Source: Diadema antillarum
Lineage: Eukaryota
Reading direction: 5' to 3'
Assembly (NCBI RefSeq): GCF_040938485.1
Contig: NW_027271099.1
Span: forward strand, 1,302,001-1,366,000
Length of the DNA: 64,000 nt
In this document: one piece after another, positions 11,069-22,448 of the stretch
Layout of the letters: each line of letters begins with the position of its first letter
Position numbering within the stretch: position 1 is the first letter of the stretch
Notes under the pieces: model-generated
What the model was told of the DNA's origin: nothing
The model's input: only the letters and a program-made list of their open reading frames with translations
Database searches by the model: none
Position numbers and translations under genes: made by a program

Positions 11069-12500
11069 GAAGGTTTGAAAGTGCCCTGTGCGCATTAAAC
11101 GCAGTAGTACATGTATCTTTGGTACAGTGGCCAGTTAAGTCGATGGTATTACGTAACCCGTAGGAAATGACTGGTCTCTATGGAGTGGGGCGGGAAATTT
11201 AAAACTTCCTTTACTCGACTTCAGGTTCATTCGGCCTTTACATGGGTGTTGAGTGTATCGCTCACATTTCCCATAGATATTCACAGTAAGCAAGCAAGCT
11301 GGTGCCAGAAACCATCTCCATGAAGTGGGGCGGGAGATTTGAATTTCCTTTACTCGAGTTCACGTTCACTCGGCTTTTGGTGGCTGTGGAGCATATCACT
11401 TGCAATATCGACATATTCAGAGCGAGCAATTTTTACTGCGACGTTGTAATTGAATTTTCCTCTGAACTTCAATACAATAAAAACAAAAACAAAACAAAAC
11501 AAAACAAAACAAAATAGAGCAAAACAGAACAAAACGCTAGAGCTTGAGGGAATTCATCATTGTATCGTACCAAGCTGAATAAACAGTAGAGATGATTATA
11601 CATGTCTGTTATTATCGAGTTATGATATCAGATAGATAACTCTCGTTGTATTCCCCGACAAAAGCATGGGATTGACGCATTTATTCGTAGTCGAGATTTT
11701 TGTTAAGAGGTGGTTATTTTCGTTTCGTGGTTTGTTTTTTGTAGTTTGGTCGGTTTGATATACTACACCGAAAACGAAGAAGTTTTTTTTTTCTTGAAAC
11801 ATTAGCCCGTTTTCTTCATTTAATTTTGCGGACGTTTACATCGTGCACGATAATATGAAGAATGATTTTGTTCGCGAATGAGAATGTATTTGCATTTCTC
11901 GCATTCATTTGTGTTTTATGTGTAAGCAATTTTAGTTGCTACCTGTGCGTTGCGATATATGATCTGCGAGGTTTCCTTTCTGCTGAGTTGTGTTTTTCCT
12001 GCGATAGATCTTTGGTTTATGATAGCTTTGTTTACCGACCATTCTTTTTTTTTTTCTAACGTGCGTGTAATTCAGGTTGTATTACAGTTTCCACTTCAAT
12101 AATCCTTGTATATTAAGCTTTGCATTAATTCGACAGTGTTTAAATGTAAGACAGTTAAGTGAAGCTCGCAAATGTTGTGAAAAAGTTTTTGTGTATTCAC
12201 AACTTCAAGTATTTTACTTGAGAGTGCATGAGACTATCATTTAACTAACAGCGTGACTACAATACGTGAGCAAGACTACCAGTCATTTTCATAAAGGTAT
12301 GGGGTCCTATATACAGTGTTTTGGTTGGCCATTGAAGGTTTGGAAGTGCCTGTTAATACATAACGCAGTGGGGGATCTGTGTACAGAGGCCAGAAATCAT
12401 TCAAGCGTGGCAGTATTACGTAACCGTAGGAAATTACCACTCTGCGTAATGTGGGGCGGGAGTTATAATCTTCCTTTACTCGAGACGAGGTTCATTCGAG
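11069..12500 (+). repeat. Dispersed direct repeats (~170 bp x2 plus one partial) with GC box, upstream of the ZnF-PolB gene
   Basis: GAAGGTTTG..AAGTGCC..ACGCAGT..GTATTACGTAACC..GTAGGAAAT..GTGGGGCGGGA..TTCCTTTACTCGA..GGTTCATTCG at 11069-11235 and 12334-12500; partial copy at ~11318-11395. Confidence 0.8.
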
Positions 12501-12626
12501 CTTTGGCAGCTGTGGAGCGTGGACCTCTGGAAGTTCAAGAAAGAAGTGTGTTTCTACTCATGTTGTGTAATCTTTGTTGATTACACCGGCCCGATGTTCT
12601 TACAGTAATAGAATACTAAAGCCACC

Positions 12627-15600
12627 ATGGAAGACGACTGTCGCAGATTTAGTTGTGAGTTTTGCAGCGCAGATTTCACAGAGAAAAAGAATTTGTTGCG
12701 CCACCATCGTGTATTTCATCAAGGACAGAGAGTATTGCACGTGTGTGATTTGTGTGGAAAAGGTTTCAGTCGGCCAGATAGTCTCAAACGACACATGAAA
12801 ACCCACCAAGATCCGAATAACGTTAAAACAAATGGTGAAGACCAGCGTCTAACTTGCTCACAGTGTGATGCACAATTCATAGAACAGAAGCATCTTGATG
12901 AACACGTGAAAACGCATCGCCTGAAAGAAACCTTTTTGTGTCATACGTGTGGACGGACATATTATCAACGTGAGAAATTTATGAAACATCTGGATTCCCA
13001 CCGACCCCGGACTCTTCAAAAAACACCCAAAAAGCGAGCACTTGAACAACAAGGAAACCAAGCAAAAAGTAGGTATAATTATTAAACTTAAAACAATGAC
13101 TGTGATGAAGGGGTAATAAAGAAGCTATACAAATCTGTTAAAATAGATTTTGAATTTTGCCATCACATCGATAACAAATGAATTTCAAATACTTATTAAG
13201 TTTGTTTTATATTCCCACCGTGTGATATCGATATGAGTACCAGTCAGCACGGAGAAAAAAAAAATGAATATCTCTATACTATGTGAATAGAGCCCAAGCT
13301 ACCAACATCAGAGATCGGCGTAAAATATATCTAGATACAGTATATATTTTTTCTTTTTTTTTTTACATTGAATAAGTGTAGTTAACATCGCATGTCAATA
13401 TTTTATTTTAGCGTTCATTGATGTGTGTATGGTATTGTGTGTGTGTGATTATGTGTGTTATTTTTTTTTTCTAGAATTTTTCAGTTCCTTCAAAATGTAC
13501 TGACGCGATATTCATGTGTCTTATAGCCAGAATTTCGCTAAGATTCATGTAATACTATCAAAATGTCTTTCAACGTTGAAACATAGAATGCTCCATGAAT
13601 GTTACATATCTATAAATGTCATCTAGTTTACACTTTCACGATAAAATTAGTTTAATGAGTTTGTTTCTTACAAGACCTAGTCAGTTCTCACGTGGTTTAA
13701 AGTACAAACATAGAGAAAACAGAGACTTCTTTGTAGCGTGGAAGAGACAACACACATGTATGCTTGAGTGTGACTTCAGATCGTAACAAAAATACAAAAA
13801 GTAATGAATAAAATAATTGAAATAACAGTAGACCTTCCCTGCATCGTTGTTTTTTTTAAAGCATGGTTACATGCATCATTGTGATGTTTTTACTTGCTGT
13901 TTCGTTCATAGTTGTTTAACACAGATCCATTCAAGTTTATAGTTGAATCAATGAAGAGTGAATTGTCGTAGGCGCACAATATTAACTTCTTAACTCAATT
14001 TAAACCGCAAAATATACGTACATGTATTTCCTTTCCAGAATATATTCCTATTTAAAGCGTAATGCCGCGATATATGTGCTACAGTGTACACGTACAGTAC
14101 ATGAGGCTTCAATTTAAGAAACAAATACTGTGTACCAATTAATGTACTTAATTTTCAGGACGTCGCGACCGGGCTGACTTGATACCAGTTATCAACGTTC
14201 CTCCGCACATCGATCCTGAAAGCTGCGCCGCCCAAGTGTACAGGGAACATTGGCTTGACATTCAAGATAGAGAGTCGTTTGGCAGAGTTCATCGCTTTTA
14301 CAACTTTCATCTTCCAAACCTTAACAACGAAATTCTTCGAGAAAAAGCGCAAAAAGTGTTCGAACAACAGTCTACCGTATTTAAGATCAATGCGTCTTAT
14401 GGTTTTGTATTGTGTAACAATGAAACAAACGAGTGTCGCTATTATTATGCCAGTAGAAATAACAGACTTTTCAATGAACCCGCTCTCATTTCAGACGAAA
14501 CATCATTCCAAAAGTTTTTGGATGAATTTCTCAAAGAAGATGTGCTGGAATATGCTCGAACACTTCGCCCAAATTCCAAATGGGTGGTTCAGCATATCAC
14601 GAATGTGACGTTCTACGTGTTTTGTATCAAAGATCATCCGATAGGTACTGGAATTGATCTCCCACTTTACATACTAAATAACAAGTCCATTGTTTCTTTA
14701 GCCAACAGCCATAGAGATGGTCGGGTATATGACGATAACTTGTGTCTTTTTAGATGTCTAGCTCTTTTCCGAGGGGTAGATCCTCGATGTCTTGAAACCA
14801 AGGCCAAAAAATTGCTGAAACAGTATACAGGCCTACCTCATGTTTCCACCTCAGAGTTTTCAGGCGTTAGACTCGGTCATTTGAGTAAAGTGGAAGAGTT
14901 CTTTAAGATCAATATTATGGTGTACGAGTTACAACCAGTACAATGTAGTGATGATGTAGATGTGACAGAATGTGAAAAGAAACTGGCAGACAATGATAAT
15001 GTAACAGTAGCCGCTAAACTCGTCCGACGGGGACTGGACAAATTTCCAGATACTATGTATGTAAATCTATACGAAAATCATTTCAGCTTCATCACAGATA
15101 TTGAACAATATTGCCAAAATTTCCAATGCCGCACATGTGGCAAACTTTGGAAAACTCGAAAGTCACTTCATCGACACGAAAAAATGTGTACTTCTAAAGC
15201 AACTAAGCATATTTTCCCTAAGGGAAGAGCTACATTTCACAACCCCTTTACAATATGGGAAGAGTTGGCTGATGAAGGGATTTTGGTTGAAGAAGACCGC
15301 AGATACTTTCCTTATTTTGCTACCTTCGACATGGAGTCTTACCTAGAAAAGATAGAAAACGGCAACGACCTGAATGATACCCCCACTGACAAATTACAAT
15401 ATAGCTCTAGACATATTCCGATGAGTGTAAGCGTTAACTCAAACGTTCCCGGGTACACGGAACCATTTTGTCAAGTGTCCGATGGAGACTCACAAAAACT
15501 AATCGATGACACTGTGATGTATATGTTAGAAATCAGTCGTCGTTCTTATTCTTTGCTTCAGTCTTTCTACAAGGACGTCACAGAAAAATTAGATCTAAAA

Positions 15601-18075
15601 ATACAAGAATTTGAAACCTCGCAAACGAAAAACAAAGACAAGCCTAAGAAAGCAACCCATCTCATGAGACTAAAACAACGGTTTGTCAATCACATCGAAG
15701 AACTGCCTGTGGTTGGGTTTAATTCGGGGAGGTATGACATTAATGCAATTAAACAATTTCTCTATCCTTCGCTTTTAAAGTATGATTCGGTCGACTTTGT
15801 GATAAAGCGAAACCATAATCACATGGCTCTGAAGTCGCAGCATCTCCAGTTCTTAGATATTTCAAATTTTCTTGCCCCTGGATTTTCGTACGCAGCATTT
15901 CTAAAGGCATATGACTGCGAACAGGGGAAAGGTTACTTTCCTCATGGCTGGGTAGATTGCCTCGATAAACTGAATGAATCTGAACTTCCCCCTATTGAAG
16001 CTTTCAGGGATAATCTCAACCATACCTCCTTTTCAAGAGAGCAGTATGAATACTGTCAGCGCATCTGGAAACAAAATAAGATGTCTTGCCTGAGAGATTA
16101 TTTGATATGGTACAATAATCTCGACGTTACACCTTTCATTGAAGCTGTGGAGAAGATGCGTGAGTTCTATATAAATCTCAAAATCGATCTGTTCAAAGAC
16201 GGTATTTCAGTTCCTGGACTTACCATGAAGTATCTGATAAAATGTAGCCCAGAGGCACACTTTAGCTTGATCTCGGAGAAAGACAAGGATCTCTATTACA
16301 CATTCCGTGATAATTTGGTGGGAGGTCCGTCTATCATTTTTCATAGGTATCATGAGCGTAACGTAACAAAAATTCGTGGGGGTAAGCCATGTAAAAAGAT
16401 AGTTGGTTTTGATGCAAATGCGTTGTATCTACACGCAATTATGCAAAGAATGCCAACAGGCCACTATGTAAGACGACGTATCGAGAATAACTTTAAGCCA
16501 GAAAATAGGCATCCGATCGCCCAAGAGTGGTTAGAATACGAAAGTTTTTGTCGACAAATTCCCATTCGACATGCCGGTAACCATTCTGAAAAGAAAATCG
16601 GACATCTACAACTTCCCGTGGATGGCTTTTGTGCCGAAACCAAACAAGTATTTGAATTTCATGGATGCTACTTCCATGGACATCCTTGTCATCTCAATAA
16701 GGGTCAGACAAAGAATACCAAACTGGGAAAAACTATGGAGGAATTGCTGGAAAAGACCGAGGAAAAACGGCGATACGTACAAAGTCTGGGTTATGAGTAC
16801 ATTTCCATTTGGGAATGTGAGTATAAACAAATGCGCAAAACTGATCCCAAACTAAGCGCTTTTCTCACGGAAAGGTTTCCTCCTCCTAAATACCGTCATG
16901 GGTTGACCCAAGAGAATCTTCTCTCTGCTATTCAACATGGTGCTCTCTTTGGGTTCGTTCAGTGTGATATCCATGTGCCTGATCATCTTACAGAACACTT
17001 TTCAGAAATGTGCCCAATTTTTAAGAATGTAGACATATCTAGAGAAGATATCGGGGACGTGATGGGATCCTACGCCAAGGAACATGACATCATGAACACT
17101 CCTAGGCGTAGCTTAATTGGTAGTATGTTTGGCCAGAACATTCTACTGTACACACCTCTACTCCAATGGTATCTTCGCCATGGATTGGTCGTATCCAAGA
17201 TACACCAGTTTGTGGAGTACAAGCCCGTTGCCTGTTTCAAACACTTTGGTGAAAGCGTGTCAAATGCTAGACGTAGGGGTGATATTGATCCCTCTAAGAG
17301 CATTATAGCTGACACCATGAAACTCATCGGCAACTCGTCTTATGGTAAAACAATAACAAATAAGGAAAGACATCGAAACGTCAATGTTTGCGATGGGAAG
17401 AAAGCCGAGAAACACGTTAACGATACATTTTTCCGGGACTTGAACCCCATCTCAGACAATTGTTACGAGGTTGATATGGCAAAGAGAAAGATTACCATGG
17501 ACCTTCCTGTTCAAATCGGTCATGCCGTCTACCAATTAGCGAAACTACGTATGCTTCAGTTTTATTACGATTTTCTCTTGGAATACGTGGATCTGTCAGA
17601 CTTTCAAATGTGCGAAATGGATACTGACTCCGCTTATATCGCCATTTCGTCCGAGTCGTTCGATAACATAATCAAACCCAATATGAGACAGAAGTATGAA
17701 AACAACAAGGCACACTGGTTTCCTCGAAACGATACCCCCGAGAACGCTCGATATGATAAGAGAACACCTGGGTTATTCAAAGTAGAGTGGGAGGGGGATG
17801 GGATAATAGCACTTTGCAGTAAAACGTATTACTGTTTTGGTCCTACTGACAAATTCAGTTGCAAAGGGATCAATAAGAAACAAAATGACATTTCAAAAGA
17901 TACGTACCTGCAGGTACTCCGTTCAAAGGTTGCTGGTAGTGGCATCAACAAAGGATTTCGTGTGGTCCAAAACGGAATTTCCACTTATTCACAAATTAAG
18001 AATGCCTTTACCTACTTCTATCCAAAGAGAAAGGTATTGGAAGACAACGTTTCAACTACCTATTTGGACATTTAA
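12627..18075 (+). CDS. polB: Spliced C2H2 zinc-finger / protein-primed family B DNA polymerase fusion (predicted 1452 aa); join(12627..13068,14159..18075)
   Basis: Exon 1 encodes four C2H2 fingers. Donor A|GTAGGT (13069) and acceptor TTTTCAG| (14158) are both phase 1 and join in frame. Exon 2 has vOTU-like LCLFRCL/NHFSFI, exonuclease FDMES, GFNSGRYD and YNNLDV, and polymerase DANALY, KLIGNSSYGK, MDTDS and KFSCKGI motifs; no stop codons. The PolB call is firm; the splice is inferred. Confidence 0.88.
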
Positions 18076-18439
18076 GATAAAGTGAAGCTGTTGTCATTAG
18101 ATCATTCTCTCTATATACATTTTGTTATCTTTGTTTGCTTGTTTTGACATTGGATAGTATCAATGCACGCTCTCAATAATGAAAGGAACTGTATCATATA
18201 GTTGTCACATCGCAGTGTCATCGGTTAGTCGTTGATAACCTAAGCTTTATATGTGAAATGCTTTTGACCTTTCTTTTCTCTCTCTCTCTCTCTAAGTGAT
18301 AATATTCTGTTTCATTTTTACGAGTGTATTTGTCCTGTATATTGCGTATTTTTTACTCACGTACACGCAGTATGGCACACCATTAAAACCGATGGTTATA
18401 CCGTCAGTCAATTCAGACCCGCATGTCAAAACTGACTTC

Positions 18440-18856
18440 AGAAGAATAGGTATTGGTATATAGATAGAGTGGCGTATAGATAGAGTTGGGGGGGCTTAAT
18501 CCCTTGCTCTGGGGGGGAAGTCGTAAAAAAAGATGAGGGTATGAATGGGGTGCGATATGAAAATATAAGGGTAATGGAGTTACGTGTCAGGTGTATGAGA
18601 AAGAGTTGATGGTAGTGAATGTTGGTAAATGGTGAAATTATGGTGGTATTTTATGGGTCAAGTTGAAGTTTGACAGACTTGTTCACATGATTTATAACGT
18701 GTTGTGTGAAAGGTTGGAGAGCATCGACTGGTGTGATTTTTTTGGAGCAAGGAAATATGTGAAGAATGATGGTAGTTACGTTCAAAGATTGGGATTAATT
18801 ATGATGGTGGGGTAAAGCTGTGGTAGAAAGTGTATAAATAACTTGACAGCGAGGAG
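18440..18856 (+). repeat. Polinton left terminal inverted repeat
   Basis: Reverse complement of 33869-34307 apart from small indels; 5'-AG terminus (AGA AGA); inward-facing TATAAAT at 18833-18839. Confidence 0.93.
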
Positions 18857-18933
18857 AACGACATGCATTTGCTGTTGCGATTTTTTTAGCTGTGAGCAAA
18901 TTGACTGTGAGTCTACAACATTCCGACTTTATC

Positions 18934-19624
18934 ATGACTTCTGCTTCATCATCGTACGCTGCTGTAGCGGCATCAGAGGAAAACCGTGCACTACTATCTC
19001 CGCATCAGTTGGCAGAGAACTTGCTTAACAACGCTTTCCAGGTAAGATTCGAAACGTAGTTTTGATACAATGTATAGTGTCGTTTGTATTGTGGATATCA
19101 TGTCGTAATGATCGAGTGTTGGCGTACAGTATTTTTTTTTGATGATGTCTGTTTCGTTGAATGTGCTACTGAAAGTTGAAATATGGCGTTGCGTGATAAT
19201 GATGATCGCTGATGGGATGATGGTAGTAGGTTTAAACGTTCGTAGTATTTGTTGATTTGTTTTTTTAAATTTTATTTGATAGGATTCGTCGTGTGAAAAT
19301 GTAAGCAAGATGCAACCGACAACTAGTGAAAATCAGCCTTTAGAAAAACCGTACAAATTCGAGGAGGGTGTCAAAGCTGCGTTTGAAATTGGGAAATCTC
19401 GTTTTGTAGTAGTCAAAACGTTTTATGGGAAACCCTACGTGAATATCAGGGAATATTATCAGAAAAAAGATAGTGGACCAAAAATGTTTGCTGGAAAAAG
19501 AGGCATCAATCTCACTTTAGAAAACTGGAAAGAGTTCATGAAAGTGATGAGGTCGGTAAATGCTCATGTCACCGAAGCGGATAGGTTTTTGTCAAAGCAG
19601 AGAAAGTTGAAGTCAACGAAGTGA
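18934..19624 (+). CDS. PC4/p15-like ssDNA-binding protein; join(18934..19041,19283..19624), 149 aa
   Basis: FEIGKSRFVVVKTFYGKPYVNIREYY...GKRGINLTLENW matches the PC4 fold signature. An upstream ATG exon ends CAG|GTAAGA and joins in frame (phase 0) at TTTGATAG|GAT. Confidence 0.85.
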
Positions 19625-19901
19625 ACTTTATATCTTGTTTGTTTGTTTGTTTGTGTTTTTGAAATACATTTTTTATTAATGTGAAAGTCAAATTGATACA
19701 AGGAGTGAGAACATTATACAAAATAGAAGAAAAAAAAGTTAACCAACAGGGGGATGATGGATAGGCGTGGAGATTATTTATTTATTTATTTTTTTTTTTA
19801 CAAAGAAAAAAAGAAGAAATAGAATAGTCGAAGGTTGTGTCGGACTAGTATATTTACGGTTGCTTTCTTCGCTGTGCATTATCTACCCTGCTCTACAACA
19901 G

Positions 19902-20591
19902 GATGCTCGCGCCGAACTTGAGCCTGGGGAGATTGTCAGCGGAGGCGATACACCTCCCTGTGTGGTGTTATCTCCCTTTAAAAGTCCTCGTTTTTGCTGG
20001 GCTCCGGAACGGTCGGGGCAGCTAGCTGAGATACCCCAAGCCTTGCTGGACGAAGTAAGGACAACTATCCAGTTTGGTGCTGTGCCTGGGTCTGAGAAGG
20101 AGGATGAGGGGAAGAAGGAGGAGGGAGGACACGCCGGTTGGCAGGACCAAGACGGAGAGGAGGAGGAGGAAAAGAGGGATGAGAAGGAGGACGGAGACCG
20201 GACCAAAACTGGGAAGGAGGAGGAGGAGGAGGAGACGGCGAGTCTCTCGGCGTCGCTGATGGTTGTAGTTGGAGCGGTGGTGACGAGAAGGATTAATGAG
20301 GTGGTACGTTCTCGCTGCTACGGTTGCCAACACGACCGGCCAGGACAGATGGACCATGTAGAGTGTTTGTGGAGGAGTTGGAGTGAAATAGTCGATGATT
20401 ATTTTGATGAAGCAATCAGGTCAGTCAGTGAGACTGACCTGATTGGACAACTGCGCCAGATTTATCATTGGGAGGAACTCTTTGAAGAGGATAGAGAGCT
20501 GTTGGTGGTGGAAATGGTGGAGTTTTTCCACTTTCAGTTAGGTAGAGAAGCAATACAGAAAACACTTAAAAAACAGGTGTTAAGCTTGTAA
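19902..20591 (+). CDS. Polinton accessory protein with acidic tract and CYGC...H..C putative metal-binding motif; 5' exon uncertain
   Basis: ORF 19767..20591; RCYGCQHDRPGQMDHVECL resembles a motif I recall from small Maverick ORFs. No ATG before 20258; good acceptor CTCTACAACAG| at 19901. Confidence 0.6.
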   Translation, partial: DARAELEPGEIVSGGDTPPCVVLSPFKSPRFCWAPERSGQLAEIPQALLDEVRTTIQFGAVPGSEKEDEGKKEEGGHAGWQDQDGEEEEEKRDEKEDGDRTKTGKEEEEEETASLSASLMVVVGAVVTRRINEVVRSRCYGCQHDRPGQMDHVECLWRSWSEIVDDYFDEAIRSVSETDLIGQLRQIYHWEELFEEDRELLVVEMVEFFHFQLGREAIQKTLKKQVLSL

Positions 20592-21106
20592 CCAGTTTTG
20601 TACAGCTCCTCCCTCCTTTTTTTTTTTGTCATCCGAGCTCTTTTTTTCCTTTTTTTTTTTGTTACTCTCTACCACAGCCGCTCCCAACCCCAACCCCCCT
20701 CCCCCAATAACAAATAAGCAAATATACTAGTTTGCTAGATAGCTAGCTCCCTATGGATTATTTTTATATGGATGTAATACGTGTATAACATGATGCTACT
20801 CAGTAAATTTGCGAATAAAAGCCTTTTTTTTAATACTGTATGGATGATTCCGTGAAAATTTGAAACTCGTTTGTATTTTGTTGATTTTATTGATAGTGTT
20901 TACAAACAAAATTGTGGATTTGTTGATGTTGTTTGGTGAATTCTGGGCTTACTCGTTCGTGCACTCTAGATTTAGTATGATCGATTGCTTGAGTGAATAT
21001 GCGTATACCCGTATGTTTCGCGCACCGACATGTCCTTGATATGGATATATTCATATACATGTACGTAACAATATTTACATATACATTTCTTTTAAATATA
21101 CAATTG

Positions 21107-21140
<34 letters not shown>

Positions 21141-21304
21141 ATCTTGAAATAGATTAAGGGGGTATTAGAAAATAAACAAACGAACAAACAAACAGATAGA
21201 CAAAATGGGTAGAGAGAAGGAGACAGACAGACAGACAGATAGACAGATTTGAGTTATAAGCGAGCTGAAGAACGGTGCGAGTGCATTTGAATAGCTATTA
21301 TTAA

Positions 21305-22420
21305 ATGCGTGAGGTTGTTAATGCGGATGCAATGGATGGATATCTGAGACAAATATACTTTAATCCTGAGCATGAGGCGAGTTTTGGCGGTGTAGATCGC
21401 TTGCATAAGTTTGTTAAGGAGGACGGTGTACATAAGCTGTCACGCAAACAAATTAAGGAGTGGTTAGCGAGCGTTGATACTTACACACTTCACAAACCCG
21501 TAAGGCGAACATTTCCTAAGAGTAAGGTGTTAGTGACTGGTATGGATGAACAATGGCAAATGGATCTGGTAGATGTGTCTTCACTTTCTAGACATAACGG
21601 TGGTAACAGATATTTGCTTACTGTCATAGATGTCCTCTCAAAATATGCTTGGGTGGTAGCGTTGAAAGACAAAACTGGCATTGCATTAACATGGGCTATC
21701 AAGGGTATTTTTAAATCAGGGCGCGTACCGTTAAAGATACAAACAGATAAAGGGACGGAATTTACGAATCGCCGAGTACAGACATTTTTAAAGGAGAGAG
21801 ACATAGAGTTTTTTACTACGGAAAATGACACGAAGGCGAGCGTGGTTGAAAGGTTTAATAGAACTCTCAAAGAAAAAATGTGGAAATATTTTACCCATAG
21901 AAATACTTTGAAGTACACAACGATTCTCCAAAAGCTAGTGACGGCCTACAATAATAGCTACCACAGATCTATCAAAACTAAGCCCAATCTCGTCAGCAAA
22001 AGGAACGAAGGAGACGTTTGGAAAACATTGTATAAAGACTCTATCTCGATCAAGTCTGATAGTGGGTATAGTGGAAAGTTTGAGAAAGGTGACCGAGTGC
22101 GTATTAGCAAGGCCAAGCAAAAATTTGAAAAGGGGTATTTACCAAATTGGACAGAGGAACTGTTTAATGTCAAACGTCGCAAATACAGAGGCTTACCTAT
22201 TTACGAATTAGAAGACGATAAGGGAGAATCGCTTACGGGCACCTTTTACGAACCAGAATTGCAGAAAGTAAACAAACCGAAAGAGGGCTATTACGGAGTT
22301 GAACAAGTGCTTAAGACGAGAAAGAGAGGAAAGAAAAGGCAGTATTTTGTCAAATTTGTTGGTTATCCTTCCTCTTTTAATCAGTGGGTAGATGAGATAG
22401 ATAAAGAGTATCATAACTGA
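21305..22420 (+). CDS. int: Retroviral-like (rve) integrase with C-terminal chromodomain-like region
   Basis: DDE triad in WQMDLVD, IQTDKGTEF and VVERFNRTLK; C-terminal YGVEQVLKTRKRGKKRQYFVKFVGYPSSFNQWV. Confidence 0.96.
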   Translation: MREVVNADAMDGYLRQIYFNPEHEASFGGVDRLHKFVKEDGVHKLSRKQIKEWLASVDTYTLHKPVRRTFPKSKVLVTGMDEQWQMDLVDVSSLSRHNGGNRYLLTVIDVLSKYAWVVALKDKTGIALTWAIKGIFKSGRVPLKIQTDKGTEFTNRRVQTFLKERDIEFFTTENDTKASVVERFNRTLKEKMWKYFTHRNTLKYTTILQKLVTAYNNSYHRSIKTKPNLVSKRNEGDVWKTLYKDSISIKSDSGYSGKFEKGDRVRISKAKQKFEKGYLPNWTEELFNVKRRKYRGLPIYELEDDKGESLTGTFYEPELQKVNKPKEGYYGVEQVLKTRKRGKKRQYFVKFVGYPSSFNQWVDEIDKEYHN

Positions 22421-22448
22421 CTAGATTGTCATTTATGATTGGGTCACG

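Noticed and set aside
11103-11108. AGTAGT as a possible Polinton-type terminus for the ZnF-PolB unit
   Set aside because: No matching inverted end was found downstream.
13073-13078. Alternative splice donor GTATAA for the zinc-finger exon
   Set aside because: It is phase 2 and would put the polymerase exon out of frame; the 13069 donor fits.
18366-18405. Weak similarity to the 11.1-kb repeat, which would give direct repeats around ZnF-PolB
   Set aside because: Only a short gapped match; not distinguishable from chance by eye.
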